DNA of 64,000 bases from Schmidtea polychroa. Lineage: Eukaryota. Below are positions 36,903 to 49,112 of this stretch, in pieces. The stretch spans positions 65,348,001 to 65,412,000 of the forward strand of contig CM097885.1 in assembly GCA_044892525.1 (NCBI GenBank), read 5' to 3'. A program made the position numbers and the translations under genes. Every line of letters starts with the position of its first letter. Within the stretch, counting starts at the first letter, position 1. The notes beneath the pieces are model-generated. The model made no database searches and was not told the DNA's origin. It saw nothing but the letters and a program-made list of their open reading frames with translations.

Positions 36903-37045
36903 CAACAATAATGTTTATTCTTTTCATCACATAGATACCATCATTATTGATTATTGTCCACATGTATATTTCTGTACCTATTTGTTCCTATTATGTAGTA
37001 TTTGAGCTTCAAAGTTTTTAACATTCTTCCATCTTCTAACAAAAG
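36903..37045 (-). mobile_element. Second copy of the 3' end of element 2 (UBL tail, purine tract, TGTTG)
   Basis: LLEDGRMLKTLKLKYYIIGTNRYRNIHVDNNQ*; the nucleotide sequence is close to 30324-30462. Confidence 0.85.
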
Positions 37046-37561
37046 AATATAAGCCCTCCCGCAATGTTTTAATTATAGTAGTGTTTAATTGTCCCGCAAT
37101 TTTCATTTGCAAATGGCAAAGAATTCAGTTCAATGAACATGATGGAGGAACTTCTCGAACGAATAGCTTTCGGGGATGAGGATTTCGGTAGAGATGTCGA
37201 TTTTGGTGCTGTATTTTCTGAGGATGTTGGCGAAACATTTTGAGTTATTGTGCAATCACTTGTCGAAATCTGTTGAAAACATGTAATCTGACGAATCGGA
37301 TCTAAAATCCTGCGGCAGCAATCCACCAAATAAATTTGATATTAGTTGGCCAAAAACACTATTAAAGTTATCAGGATCTCTTGGAGTCATAAAAAAGGAA
37401 CCATCAGTTTCGTTTGTAGTATTTCCAATTTCCATTGAGTTATCATATTCAAGTCTTTCAATAAATCCATCCTTGCACGTCACACATTTACCATTCTGAG
37501 ATATGTGAACGCCCCTGTCGCGTTGAATAGCATGATCATTTGATTTGATAATTAAATCCAC
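37046..37561 (-). pseudogene. RNF126/RNF115-like E3 ligase fragment
   Basis: Zinc ribbon (CYS..)...KCVTCKDGFIERL, FGQLISNLFGG, SDSSDYMF..FD, ENTAP (alternate frame) and a broken RING start AICK*KLRDN*TLL*LKHC, all in the expected order. Confidence 0.55.
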
Positions 37562-37781
37562 TGAGGAAATCTCAAACTTGATTTAAAATCATATATTTGG
37601 CCAAAGTACAGGAATTTCAAAAAAATTCGAAAACTCAAGATTCCACTCGATCCAAACTCACTCAAAAAAACTTAAATCGATTAGTAAAAACAAAACACAC
37701 TAACAATAATTCGAATCCAGCAAAACCCAAAATTCCAACCAATCCAAAGCTCCAAATCGTAAAATCATTTTCACAATTTTA

Positions 37782-37840
37782 CGCGTCTGTGTGCGCACAC
37801 AACCCAAAAACAAAGAAAGTAAAAAGCGCACACAGACGCG
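37782..37840. repeat. Perfect 15-bp GC-rich inverted repeat with 29-nt spacer
   Basis: CGCGTCTGTGTGCGC (37782-37796) / GCGCACACAGACGCG (37826-37840). Confidence 0.95.
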
Positions 37841-37884
37841 ATCATCGACAATTAATCAAGTAGACTGTTTGAGATTATAAGGAT

Positions 37885-38500
37885 AGATATCACAGGTCCT
37901 TTTTCTATGAAAAGAGTGGAAACGGACATATTCTAGGAATTATTGATTATTTTTCAAAGTTTTCTTGCCTTATACTTTTGAATGAAATAGCAGCTGAGAA
38001 TGCAGCAAATTTAATAATGGAACAGTGTTTAACAAAGCTTGAAATCTCAAAAGGATTATGGTAATGTCAAGGAACGAATTTTGAAGCAAAGATGTTAAAA
38101 TAATTGGTAAAAAATAATGGAAACTAATAATCAGTCTATACTATCCAATTTGATCGAATGATAAAAAGGCTTTTTTGAACAAGTAAAAGTTAATAGTGGC
38201 AAAACATATGAATGGGGCAAAGTTATAACGATGGTAAAGTATGGATTGCCACTCGATATCTTTAGGAGTCACGATTGGTCACCTAGTTTTGCGTACCATT
38301 TCATATTTTAAAAAAGCTTCAGTATAAATAGTGTTCGATGATATTTGAAAAGAAAACTTGTAAGCTGAAAGAATTGAATTGATTATATTCAAAGCGAAAT
38401 TAGTTGGAAGGGAAATATAAGTCTATCTAAATCTATGGAGGAAATGCGAGAAACTCATCAGAGGAGAAAATCTTTTATGAGATGTAAATAATGATCAGAT
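37885..38500 (+). mobile_element. Ty3/gypsy integrase relic
   Basis: DITGPF..SGNGHILGIIDYFSKF..L..IAAENAANLIMEQ. Confidence 0.7.
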
Positions 38501-39224
38501 AATATTATGTTCAATTAATTTGTTAAATATTTCTACTCCTAATGGCATGTGGTGAGTGCCAAAATTAAGTTTATTTCCTGTTATTTATACGTTGTAAGAG
38601 GCAATTAAGAGCCACCGTGGTCTTGCAAGCATTTTCTAGTGTCTATGGACAATCTTTTTCAATCTTTCTAAAAATTGTATATAAAACATTTAATAAACAT
38701 TTAAACATTTAATAAATATATTAAATAAATTGTCTTATTTAGTTTATTTTTTATAAAACCCTCATCTAAATAATTTACCAGTGAATATTTAAATTTCATA
38801 AATCATTATCCCATTCACACCGATTTAAACAATATTAATAATTTTAAATAATTATCAGTAAAATATAAATTTTATAAATTGCCTACTAACAAGAATAAAA
38901 TTGACATAAATAATTGTATTATAGAAAAAATAATTGCGTATAACTTTTTGGTCTTTTAATTCCTTTTTATTATTGCTTCAATTCAACAAATGAGTAATGA
39001 AATTAAAGTTAACTTAATAATTTTGCCTTTACCATATCCGAGGGAGGCGCAGAAGCATAAACGAAACAAACCAAACTGCTCCCTATTGAGTGGAAATCCT
39101 ACCCAAATATTACTCATCAAACTCTATTTTTCGATTTTCGATAAAATTACACTATCTTGTAACTTTTAATAAATAAATAAAAATTCAAGAAAATAAACAA
39201 GAGCAGTGAAAACATCAGTATCAA

Positions 39225-40196
39225 CTACATAAAATTACACTTTGAAAAATTGTTGAACAATCTATTTTTCATTCCGGAATAAACATAAACGAGAAAGTTT
39301 AATACCGAATCCAACGACGAGAGCAAACTTGCGATATCGGTAAAGTGATTTAATTGGTTCTTATTGCCGATTACGTCGGCATGTTGATCAATGAACATTA
39401 CTACAACCGTGCAACTTTTCGGCAGTTCGCAAATCATGAAAATTCCACATAGAATCAAAACAGTTTTTGTAGAAAAATTATTATTTAAATTTTGATCACG
39501 AGAAAATTGTCGGTCCCGAAATTTTAATACGAATATAATAGAGATACTACAGATCGCTATTATAACTGCTGGTATTGGACTGATTGCAATAAAATAAAAA
39601 GGTAAGTAGAAAAACGTATACCAAACAAAATTGGTATGATTATTTAAATGGAATTTCACTTTACCCGTTTTACCGACGGTTATTCGAGACTCAAATATTC
39701 TTGGAATGTTTAAAATAAGACTCGATACTAAAATAATTATTAAATGTTTTGCGATAGTTTTTCTGTTAATTGATTGAGATTTCAATGGATGACTGATCAC
39801 TAGACATCGGATCCATGCAATATACGCAATCGTCCAATTGCGGCTGACTAAGAATATTCTAGAAATATTCCTGATTACGTGAACAATAAAGTTGATGCCG
39901 ATTGACGAAAAAATAGTCGTAGAAACAGGTCGATGGAGTAGCCTAGTGTTATAGAAAAACAATTGATTTATAAAAAATGTCAACCCGTAGACGCTTTCAA
40001 TAATTGATAGAATGTAAATCAAAGTTAGAAAGTTACCTTTTTGACGGATTCTATGGAAAAAGATTGCCGAAAGGAAGTTGAGAATGAAACCAATTAATAC
40101 GATTACCAGTACAGCGACCGTAAAGCTGATTTGAATGGATTTCTCTCTGTATTTGTCCTGTAATGAACAATTGGAAACTTCTGTTGTGTTATTCAT
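39225..40196 (-). CDS. Class A GPCR, peptide-receptor-like (FMRFamide/myosuppressin-receptor type), 323 aa, single exon
   Basis: Seven hydrophobic segments; GFILN, WIRCLVISHPL, LNIPRIFE, FMICELP and SVLNFLVY. Confidence 0.88.
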   Translation of the reverse strand: MNNTTEVSNCSLQDKYREKSIQISFTVAVLVIVLIGFILNFLSAIFFHRIRQKGNFLTLIYILSIIESVYGLTFFINQLFFYNTRLLHRPVSTTIFSSIGINFIVHVIRNISRIFLVSRNWTIAYIAWIRCLVISHPLKSQSINRKTIAKHLIIILVSSLILNIPRIFESRITVGKTGKVKFHLNNHTNFVWYTFFYLPFYFIAISPIPAVIIAICSISIIFVLKFRDRQFSRDQNLNNNFSTKTVLILCGIFMICELPKSCTVVVMFIDQHADVIGNKNQLNHFTDIASLLSSLDSVLNFLVYVYSGMKNRLFNNFSKCNFM

Positions 40197-40379
40197 TTTG
40201 AGAGTTCAATTAATGATTAAACGTTTAAATAGTCGACAATTAATTTTAGATCATTTGATCATTATCTTAATGATTCTTGCGCAGTGTAAATATAATTTAT
40301 ACGATAATATTATTTATTAGGAAATAATTGGCCGGTTTGATTTTGTAAAAAAAGTTTATTTATATATTGAAATATATTC

Positions 40380-41760
40380 TGATTGCTTTTCCAGAACTTG
40401 AAAGGGACCCGCATATGCAATTTCATGGTGGTTTCAGTTCACTTTTCTAATATAAACATATTTCACATCCTTTAATTATTTTGGGACATCGATTGGTATT
40501 CCAAATTAATGTTGAACTATGTTCATTGCTTCCGTTATTTCTTTTAATACCTGTTTATCCGTTACTTTTGGCTGATGGAACATGGCTCCAGGAATTGCAA
40601 GATCAGTATTATACACTTTCTGGTGGGTGAATATCCTGATTCATCGGGACAATTTCTTAAACTTAACAATATTTTCGGTAGTAGTGTCTGATGACGCTGT
40701 AATTGCTGCTTTCAAAGTTCAATTTTTCTGTTGGATAGAGAATGGTAATTTGGGGTTCTGTTACTCTTTATGTCTAAACCTTTGGATAATTCTTGAAAAA
40801 GACTACTAATGAATTGAGTTCCTCTATCTGAGAGAATTTCACTTGGTATCCAAAATCTCGATATCCACACATCAAGTAATACTCGTTATGTTTGCAATAT
40901 CTATTTCTCCCATTCAAGATGTTTGCCTTTCTATTATGGTTAATAAATAATTTTTACTTTGTACTTGTGGTAAAGGTTCATGAATGGCTTGAAAACGACT
41001 GGCACTATGAAGTTGTTGTCCGTTTTGCTTTGGAATGTTGCTGGTATGTAAGTAAATTCAAACATACTAAAAAGAGTTATTATTGTGGTTTTTTAAAAAT
41101 ATCTGCAGCTTCCATCTGGATTTGAAAATATGCCTTTTCTAGATCAATTGTCGAAAATATACATTTATTGCCTGCCGTACTGATTATATATTCAATCCTA
41201 GGCATTGGATATCTGTCTGGAATAGTTTTACTGTTGAGCTCGCGATAATCTCCATTCTAAGTTTTCCTTTTTGATTGACTACTACCAGTAGAGAAGATAT
41301 AGAGGATATTGATGGTCAACACTTACCAGGTTTGATCATATCGTCAAACCAAACTTTGCTGTTTTAAGTTTCTCACCAAAAAGTCTTCTGGTGTGAAGTC
41401 TCTTGGGCATTTCTGTTAAATTAATCCCATGCTTAATTTCTTGTTCAATCTTTAATTTGATAGTATTTATAATAATCTCTTTTTTCACAGTAGAAAATTG
41501 TTTGATTTTTTTTGAGGAAATCGCAGCCCAATATTGCCAGTGAAATATTACAAACATGAAACATCCAATCATAAATTTTTCCATTTAAATTAATTGAAAT
41601 TTTCTTGTCCCGAAGCACTTTATTGATGAACCGTTAATTTGTGGAACAATAAATTATGATTGAAACAGTTTTATCGGTAGGCAAGAAACAGCACCTCCTG
41701 TATCAATTAAAGTTTTAACTCGGTCACAATTGACAATGTATTTATGTTGTACCTCTCTGA
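40380..41760 (-). mobile_element. Collapsed Ty3/gypsy pol relic (protease, RT, integrase pieces)
   Basis: LIDTGGAVSCL and ILGCDFLK; DYRELNSKTIPDRYPMPRI and FSTIDLEKAYFQI; ILSDRGTQF and AGPFQVL. Confidence 0.85.
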
Positions 41761-41989
41761 ACTCTGAACTGTGAAGTTACCCGGTATTTTCCAGAATTTT
41801 TGAAGTTGCAAGGAGATCCATCTGCCAAAATGTCACATTGGATAACATTTTTATCAAATTTTCTATTATAAGAACTTTTTTTTCAAATTTCACCACTGAT
41901 TATTTTTCCATTGAATTTATTAAAAAGAGAGCTTGAAGACTATTTGTCAGTAATATATCGATGTCTGTTGATACTCACGAATTTTCGGC

Positions 41990-42790
41990 ACTGCCTTTTT
42001 TTTGAAATTCACTTTAAAAAGGCAGTGCCGAAAACAAAGACATAAGCTTTTTTCCAAAACCCTTCGATCAGACTTGATACTCTCCAGCGTGAATTGAAAG
42101 CTGTCCACGAACTTTTGCAGCATTTCTGTGAATGTGGCTTTGAAGATGCTGAACGAGATTCTAAGAAAATTGCAGAAGCTATGCATGTTTTCATGGAGTT
42201 TGAAACAAAATGAGTCAGGTGCACCAAAACACAGTTTGACTATTTACATGCAGATGAAACCCCTTCAGACGGAAAATTGAAGTTGAAGCTACAGTTTTTT
42301 TATCGTTCTCGTCGATGTGGCATTGGTCAGCCTGGAAGAGAGATTTCCACATATGGCAAATTATATCAGGATCTTTGAATTTTTGACTAATGTCCACTTG
42401 TTATGAAAATGGTGAACTGTCCAAGTACTGTAAAATATTCACTGAAGCAATGGAAGATGTTAAGGCTGAAGATCTCCAACTTGAAATTATCTGTTTTCTT
42501 GCAGCATACCCAGAAGAAAACAATTTTATGGGCATTTTGGAGTTCATTTACAAAATAGATGTGATTGACTTGTATCCAAATTTGTCTATTGCTCTGTGTG
42601 TGCTCTTGACAATTCCAGTCACTGTGGTTTCTGGAGTAAGATCATTTTCAATTTTAAAGCAGATTTAAAGTTACCTCCACTCAACAATGTCTCAGGAACG
42701 ATTGAGTGGTCTAACTATTATCGCCATTGAAAATGAAGTCCGTCGTGATTTTGACTATTCCAACTAATGAATGATTTCATGTCTCTCAAA
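41990..42790 (+). mobile_element. Tip100/ZMYM1-type hAT C-terminal relic
   Basis: LYPNLSIALCVLLTIPVTVVSGVRSFSILKQI..YLHSTMSQERLSGLTIIAIE. Confidence 0.8.
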
Positions 42791-43563
42791 TGTCGCATGA
42801 TAAGTGTTTGATCTTAATACATTTGCTATCTCCTGATCATAGTCTTTTATAGAACATTAAAAATCTGTAAATCTTCTATCGAACTAATAACTACATAAGG
42901 TCATGCACTTTGGATCCTTAAGGTAAGTTGAACTGTTTCTTTATTGACTTAGTGGGAATAGAGGACAGCTTTGGAAAATTCGCAGGGCCTACAAAATTCT
43001 AGTGGCAGCCCTGCATCTAGTATTCCTAAAAACGAGCGTAAAATATTTTCCGAGTTTAAAAATGCTAGAGAAATGTTGCCATGATATATAATTAAAAAAA
43101 ATGTAATTTCCACGGAAAAAACAGAATTTAGATTTTTTTGATATTTTTTAAGCAGGTTATTTGCGTTATTTCTCACAAAAGTATCTTTTGTTTTAAAGTC
43201 AGTCAAAATAGTTAAAATTGCTTTTTTTTGTGACATAGTTTATGAACATCAGATATTAAAATATAGTCAAGAAAAGAAACTAACCTATTTCAATGTATTT
43301 GATACAAATCTAAATAAATTGAGATGCAACAAGTGTAGAACTAAAAGAATGTAATCGAGAAGGGCACGCTAATACATGAAAGACAATACACCCAATCCTG
43401 TTTTTACACGGACTTTTTGCACGATTTTGAAATAACCTTGGTGGAAGAAATATAAAAAATCCTGTTTTTACACGAATTTGATTTTTTTTACATGGACAAA
43501 AATTCTACTTCGAAAAAAAATTCTCAAAATATTTTATGAAATATTTTGTGATTTGGTTAAAAT

Positions 43564-44604
43564 TGTTGGGTTATTGAGTTGGTGATAAAATTTAATGTTA
43601 CTCTGACTCCAAGAGTGTCTTTATATAATTCACAATTAACACTTTACAACAGAAATCTTTATTCATAATCACAAATAAACTTTCACTTGACACTGACAAT
43701 AAATTCAACACTCTGCTTGGTGACTATACAATGCTTATTACAACACTCAGTGAGGAATAGCACTTTTGTATAACACCGGATTAAAAGATCACAAATTACT
43801 GATTGGTTTCTAAACTGGGATTTTGAGCTGGTTGTTTTCTTTGACTTTCTTCCAAACTTTATTCAAATAATCAATAACTTCTTTTCGTTTTATTATTCAA
43901 CTAATTCTTTTCTTCAACTCTTCTCCAATAATTATTTTCCACAATTATTTTTGACAATCGTTTGTCCAACAACGTTTCGTTCAACGTCTAATTTTCTCCA
44001 ATAATTTTATCTCTCAAATCGTCTCTCAAATCGTATCTCAAATCGTATCTCAAATCGTCTCTCAAATTGTCTTCCAAATCGTTTTCAATTTTCGTCACTC
44101 TGTTTCTAATTTTTCTTCTAATTTTGTTGTACCTTTTTGTTCTAGTTTCATGTTCACCAGTTTTCCCTTATATAGTTCGCTTCTCTTGTGGCACTCCAGA
44201 TAATCAAGTGTTTTTCCGCTTTCCTTCTCCTGCTTTCCCCAACTGTCCCATTTTTATCTCTGACAGCTGTCAAGTTGTTTTTCCCTTTTTCCTTTTTTTG
44301 TTCGACCGCCTTCTTCCTTCACTTCTATTATTACTGGCAAGTTGTCGAGATAAGGATATTATTGTTTTCCTTTTTCCCCGATTTCAAAATTCCTTTTCCT
44401 TTTTGTACTAATTAATTAGTACTGACCTTGATTTTTACTTTCTTGTTTGATAACTTTTATTTCCTTTCTCTTTCTCATTTTTACTTTCTTTTCACTTCCG
44501 TTTTCTTTTCTGAGTCTCTATAGATCGTCCCGTTTGTCATGGCGATCTTCCCCCAGGTAATTTTATTTATTTCTTTATGAATTATTATTTAGGTATCCTC
44601 AACA
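43564..44604. mobile_element. Solo LTR, 1041 bp
   Basis: TGTTG...CAACA with 4-bp TSD AAAT; contains a 12-bp tandem (TCTCAAATCGT[AC]) near 44010-44065. Confidence 0.8.
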
Positions 44605-44956
44605 AAATTTACATAGCCCAGCCAAATAAGTTTTTATTTTTTATTTGCTTTTATAGGTTTTTTAATTTGAGGTGAATTATTTTAGGGTTGAAAACAAAAA
44701 AAATATTTAAAAAGTAAGTTAATCTATGTAATTGCGTTATTTTGACTTGTATGGCGTAATACGGGAATCCCAATTATATTTATTATATTTAATATTTCAT
44801 TCTAGTTATATTTCTTGTTTTTCATTATGGTTTGAACTTTGAAGTTCGTAATTTTTTGATTCTTTAATTATTAATTTTTGTAGGAGTTTTTATTTGTGGA
44901 AATTATTTGATGTTTTTTTACTACTGTATGTCTTTTTTTACACGATTATTTTATAC

Positions 44957-45388
44957 CAGTGTTGTCCAAACTTTTTTGAGCCACGGCACACTGAATTAAA
45001 AAATTTCGCGGCACACCTAAATTTTTTTTTCTTTATTTGTAATTTTTTATTGCACTTTTACTAATCTTTTAATAAGAAATGAAAAACTTATAAACTAAAA
45101 AATAGTATTATTTAATATTTAAGATTCTAAATAAACATAATTAAGCTGCTTACGTATTTTAGATAGTCAATATTTCTAGTTAGAAATATAAATATGATTG
45201 TAAACAAATAAATTTCACACTTAATTGACTGATTAACATTTACATTTGAAATAACTGTAAATTCAATTTCCACAATTCAATTTCCTTTTATTAAGTAGTT
45301 TGGTAAAACAGGGTTTTTTTGACTTTTTTTAAAAAGATTTCACGGCACACCTGGGCACCCGCCACGGCACACAGTTTGTACAACACTG
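44957..45388. mobile_element. hAT MITE
   Basis: TIR CAGTGTTGT(C/A)CAAACT, subterminal CACGGCACAC repeats, perfect 8-bp TSD TTTTATAC. Confidence 0.92.
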
Positions 45389-46666
45389 TTTTATACAGTG
45401 GTTCGTGGAATGAATCTACCTTGTAAAAACAGGATTGGGTGTATAATTTATAGATTATTTCTTCTAATAAATAAGTAAATAATATACTTTATTTTTATCA
45501 TTTAAACGACATTGAAATCTTGAAATTAAAAATCCTAAAATTAAATTCTAATTTTAAAAATTATGAATTATAAATTCTTATTTAACGGATCGCCAAACTC
45601 CAAATGAAAATTATTTTAAAGAATTTTGTTCAATTAAAGTTCTTTTCTAAAAATCGCTTTCAAGCGGAATATGAAAAATTATTTTTATTTTGAATTCAAA
45701 TTTTTTTTTGTTTATTACGTCTAGATAACCGGAAAATCTTTCGAAATCGTAAGTGATATAAATTTATATTTGTATAATTAGTCGTCAAAAATAATTTTAC
45801 TAATTAAAGTGTACGAACAAATATTAACTTAACATTTTTCCGTTTCATTTAATAATTTAATAATAACATTTAAAATTTTGAAAATTTTTTGTGTTAAAAT
45901 AAAATGATATTTACGCAAAGAAACAATTTTGTCATTTCAAAAATCAAATCTCTATGAAATTCTTTCAATTAAATGTTAAAATGAGAATTTTATAGAACGT
46001 TGTTGTGGGTTTTCCATAACTAGGAGAACCTTCAATAACAAGATTCAGTAAAAACAGAATAAATAACGTTCCGGGAATCACATCATTAAATGATGAATTT
46101 TTAGAATATTCGATAATTTCACTGTAAAATCTTATCACATGCAATTGTGCCTGTGAATCAAAATATAGAAAGAATCGGATACAAGGGTACTACTCACACT
46201 CAACAACTCAAAATATTATTATTACTTCACCGAATTTTTGAATAATGAACTTGGGGGTCCCGATAATGAACAAGTACTCCAAAGGCTAATAAAAGCCTTC
46301 TATTTCCGAAAGAGAATTCACCTTCATTGAATCAAATTCAAGAGCCAGAAAAATTAACGAAATCGTTGTAATTTGTGAACTCAAAAATATCCAATGGCAT
46401 TCGAATAATAGGACGACAATTGTAAGATCCAAAAAAATAAGAAAAGTTGAAAAGAAAATTATAAAACTCTTTTTGAGAAATTCAATTTCGACAAAGATTA
46501 GTAATATATAAAATTTCGAAATAACAAAATTGCTAAACCTATATTAAAAAAAACTACTACCATATTTATATATAAATATATATAAATATATATATTTAAA
46601 TAGACATTCATGTTTTAATTCAAACATGAATTAATTATAAATATTTCTTTTTATTAAATATTTAAT

Positions 46667-48912
46667 TTATTTACATAAAGCCACCCATGAAAAATCACTA
46701 CAGCCCCTTTCGAAAAACCCAGAGCAAATCATTGATTTTGCAAAATTTCTTAAATTGGGAAATTTGTTTTCTGGTAGATTTGAATAAAATGCAATTAAAT
46801 TATTTTTAAATACATTGTTAAATTGCAAATTAATTAGGTCTAGTTGTAAATTGTCTGATGCTTTTACAATATCAAATTTATGAGGATTTTCAAATATTAA
46901 TATGTCCATTTCTTTTACAAAAAAATCTTGAAACCGATGATGAAAATTCTCCTCCAGTACTTTTAGTGACTCAATAAAAATATTCGGAGGACATTGTTTG
47001 ATTTTATGTTTGAAAACGTTTTCAAAGTAGGAAAATGACAATAATTATTCTTTTCAAGTTGAGTAATAAACAATTTTATTTTAAGCTGGAAACTTTTGAC
47101 TTCTGTAAGTAGCTCGTTGATTAACTTTCCTTTGCCTTGTAGCGTCAAATTTAATTTATTGGGGTAAGTTGTAATGTCCACAAGAAACGCTAACTCGCTT
47201 ATCCATTTAAAATTAGATAACTCTGGTAAAATATTTCCTTTTGTTGTCAAAAACATTTCAATCTCGTTTCTCAACTCGAAAAATCTTTTTAAAACTTCCC
47301 CGCGACTGAGCCATCTTACTTCAAAAAAGTAAATAGTATCTTCATATTCTGCGTTAATTTCATTTAAGAAATTCCGAAATGTTCGATGGTTAATACCATT
47401 TTTTCGAATATAATTGATGGATTTTACTACAATATTCATAACATTTTACAAATTTACAGCTTTTGGTCAAAATGCATGTTAATGGATTATGCAATGAAGT
47501 TGTAGAAGAGGCTGTATAATATTCAATTTTTTATTAATCAAACCAGTATTATGGCCCGTCATGTTCTTTGCACTGTCAGTTGTAACATTTTTTAATTTTT
47601 CCTACTTAAGATCATACATTTTGAAAACATTTAATAGTTGCAAAAATATATTTTCAACTCTTGTATTCCCATGGAGGTTTTTCAATGCAGAAGGTTTTTC
47701 TGTTACACAAAATTGTTTATCAATTCCACGGATAAAAATCAACAATATCGTTGCTTTCATCAAGTGCTAGTGAAAAATACTTAAATTGTGAAGAGTTTTC
47801 TCCTTACTTATTAAACATACTAGTTAATATATTTTCAATACGTCGAACTAGAGCCGTAGCTAGGGGGTGGCGAATGGGGCGACCGCCCCGGGCGCCATGT
47901 CGAAGGGCGCCAAAACTGTGAAATGATCATTTAATTTTTTTTTACTTTTCATTCTTTTTTTCATATTAAATTTTTATATTCTGCTTTCCATGTTAAATGT
48001 TTTCAAAAGTTAAACTAAAACAAAATTGTTTTGCTGGTCAATCTAAAGGTTTTTGCAAACGGGCGACTAAATCCGAAGGTGGCTGATCATGAAAACAGTT
48101 TTGAGCATAGAAAATGCTACTTAGCCTGGAAAGATCTTGAAAATCGTTTGAAAGAAGAAAGGACAATTGATGATAATCTTTAATTTAATTTATCTTTAAT
48201 TTCTTTTATTTAGAATTCAATGCTAGATGTTAAAGTTGATCACTTGATCTTCTCAAATATGTTATAATAGTAACCTTAATAGGAACTTAATGATCAAAAC
48301 TCTGAACTTCGGTTTAATAAATACGGAGTAAATAAATTTGCAATATTAATGTATATACACATGTATATAAAATATTTATAATTAATTAGTTTTCGTTATA
48401 ATATAAGTTTGGTTAAGCATTGTATAGCTTTGCATCTTAATTTGACTCTTCAAGGCCAACTCCATTCCTGTAAGTACATAATTAATGGGAGCGGTGGATT
48501 CTTTTGGCACCAGGTGCGCCAAATTTCAATCTCGCCCCGGGCGCCATTTTCCCTAGCTACGGCTCTGCGTCGAACTCCATCCGTAAATGGTTTGTTTTGT
48601 TCAGCAATTAATTTTGAAATATGTAAGGACGTCCTTACGTTTGTTAAAGATGTTTTGTTGTGCTTCAAATGATTTCTGTAAAGAATCAATTTTATTTTGT
48701 CTGAATTGCGATTCAAATTTATCATATTCCCTTTTATGTTTCGTTTCGTAGTGGCGACGCAAATTAAATTCTTTGAACATGCTCATAGATTCTTTGCAAA
48801 TTAAGCATAGTGCCTCATTGTAATTATTAATAAAGAAATAATAAAAAGTCCACCTTTCATTAAATTCGCGGTTTCCCTCATTAATCTTTCTTTTCTTTGG
48901 TATTTTAATCAT
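46667..48912 (-). mobile_element. Decayed Buster-type hAT transposase
   Basis: KKRKI..EFNERW..CLICKE..FNLRRHYETKH, NHRTF..EVRWLSRG and YSNLPENKFPNLR; frameshifted and interrupted. Confidence 0.9.
47849..48567. mobile_element. Tip100/ZMYM1-type hAT deletion derivative inserted in the Buster relic
   Basis: TIR (T/C)AGAGCCGTAGCTAGGG, perfect 8-bp TSD CGTCGAAC, internal HENSFEHRKCYLAWKDLENRL..TIDD. Confidence 0.92.
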
Positions 48913-49112
48913 TTTTTCCCACGATAAATTATTGTAAGATGTATTTATATAAACTATTCATATTTATAGCGTTTATATTTTATTATTTGAATGTTGTGGT
49001 ATGTTGAAATTGAATGTTGAAATTGTTCGAAATATTATTTGGATTCGAATTAATTCCCCTGAAATGAATTAAGAAAATACTTTGTATAAATAATATATAA
49101 TTATTCACGTCT

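Larger units (their letters stand above)
43389..45441. mobile_element. TA-flanked Tc1/pogo-type MITE hosting two nested insertions
   Basis: TIR CACCCAATCCTGTTTTTACA at both ends, TA flanks at 43387-88 and 45442-43. Confidence 0.8.
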
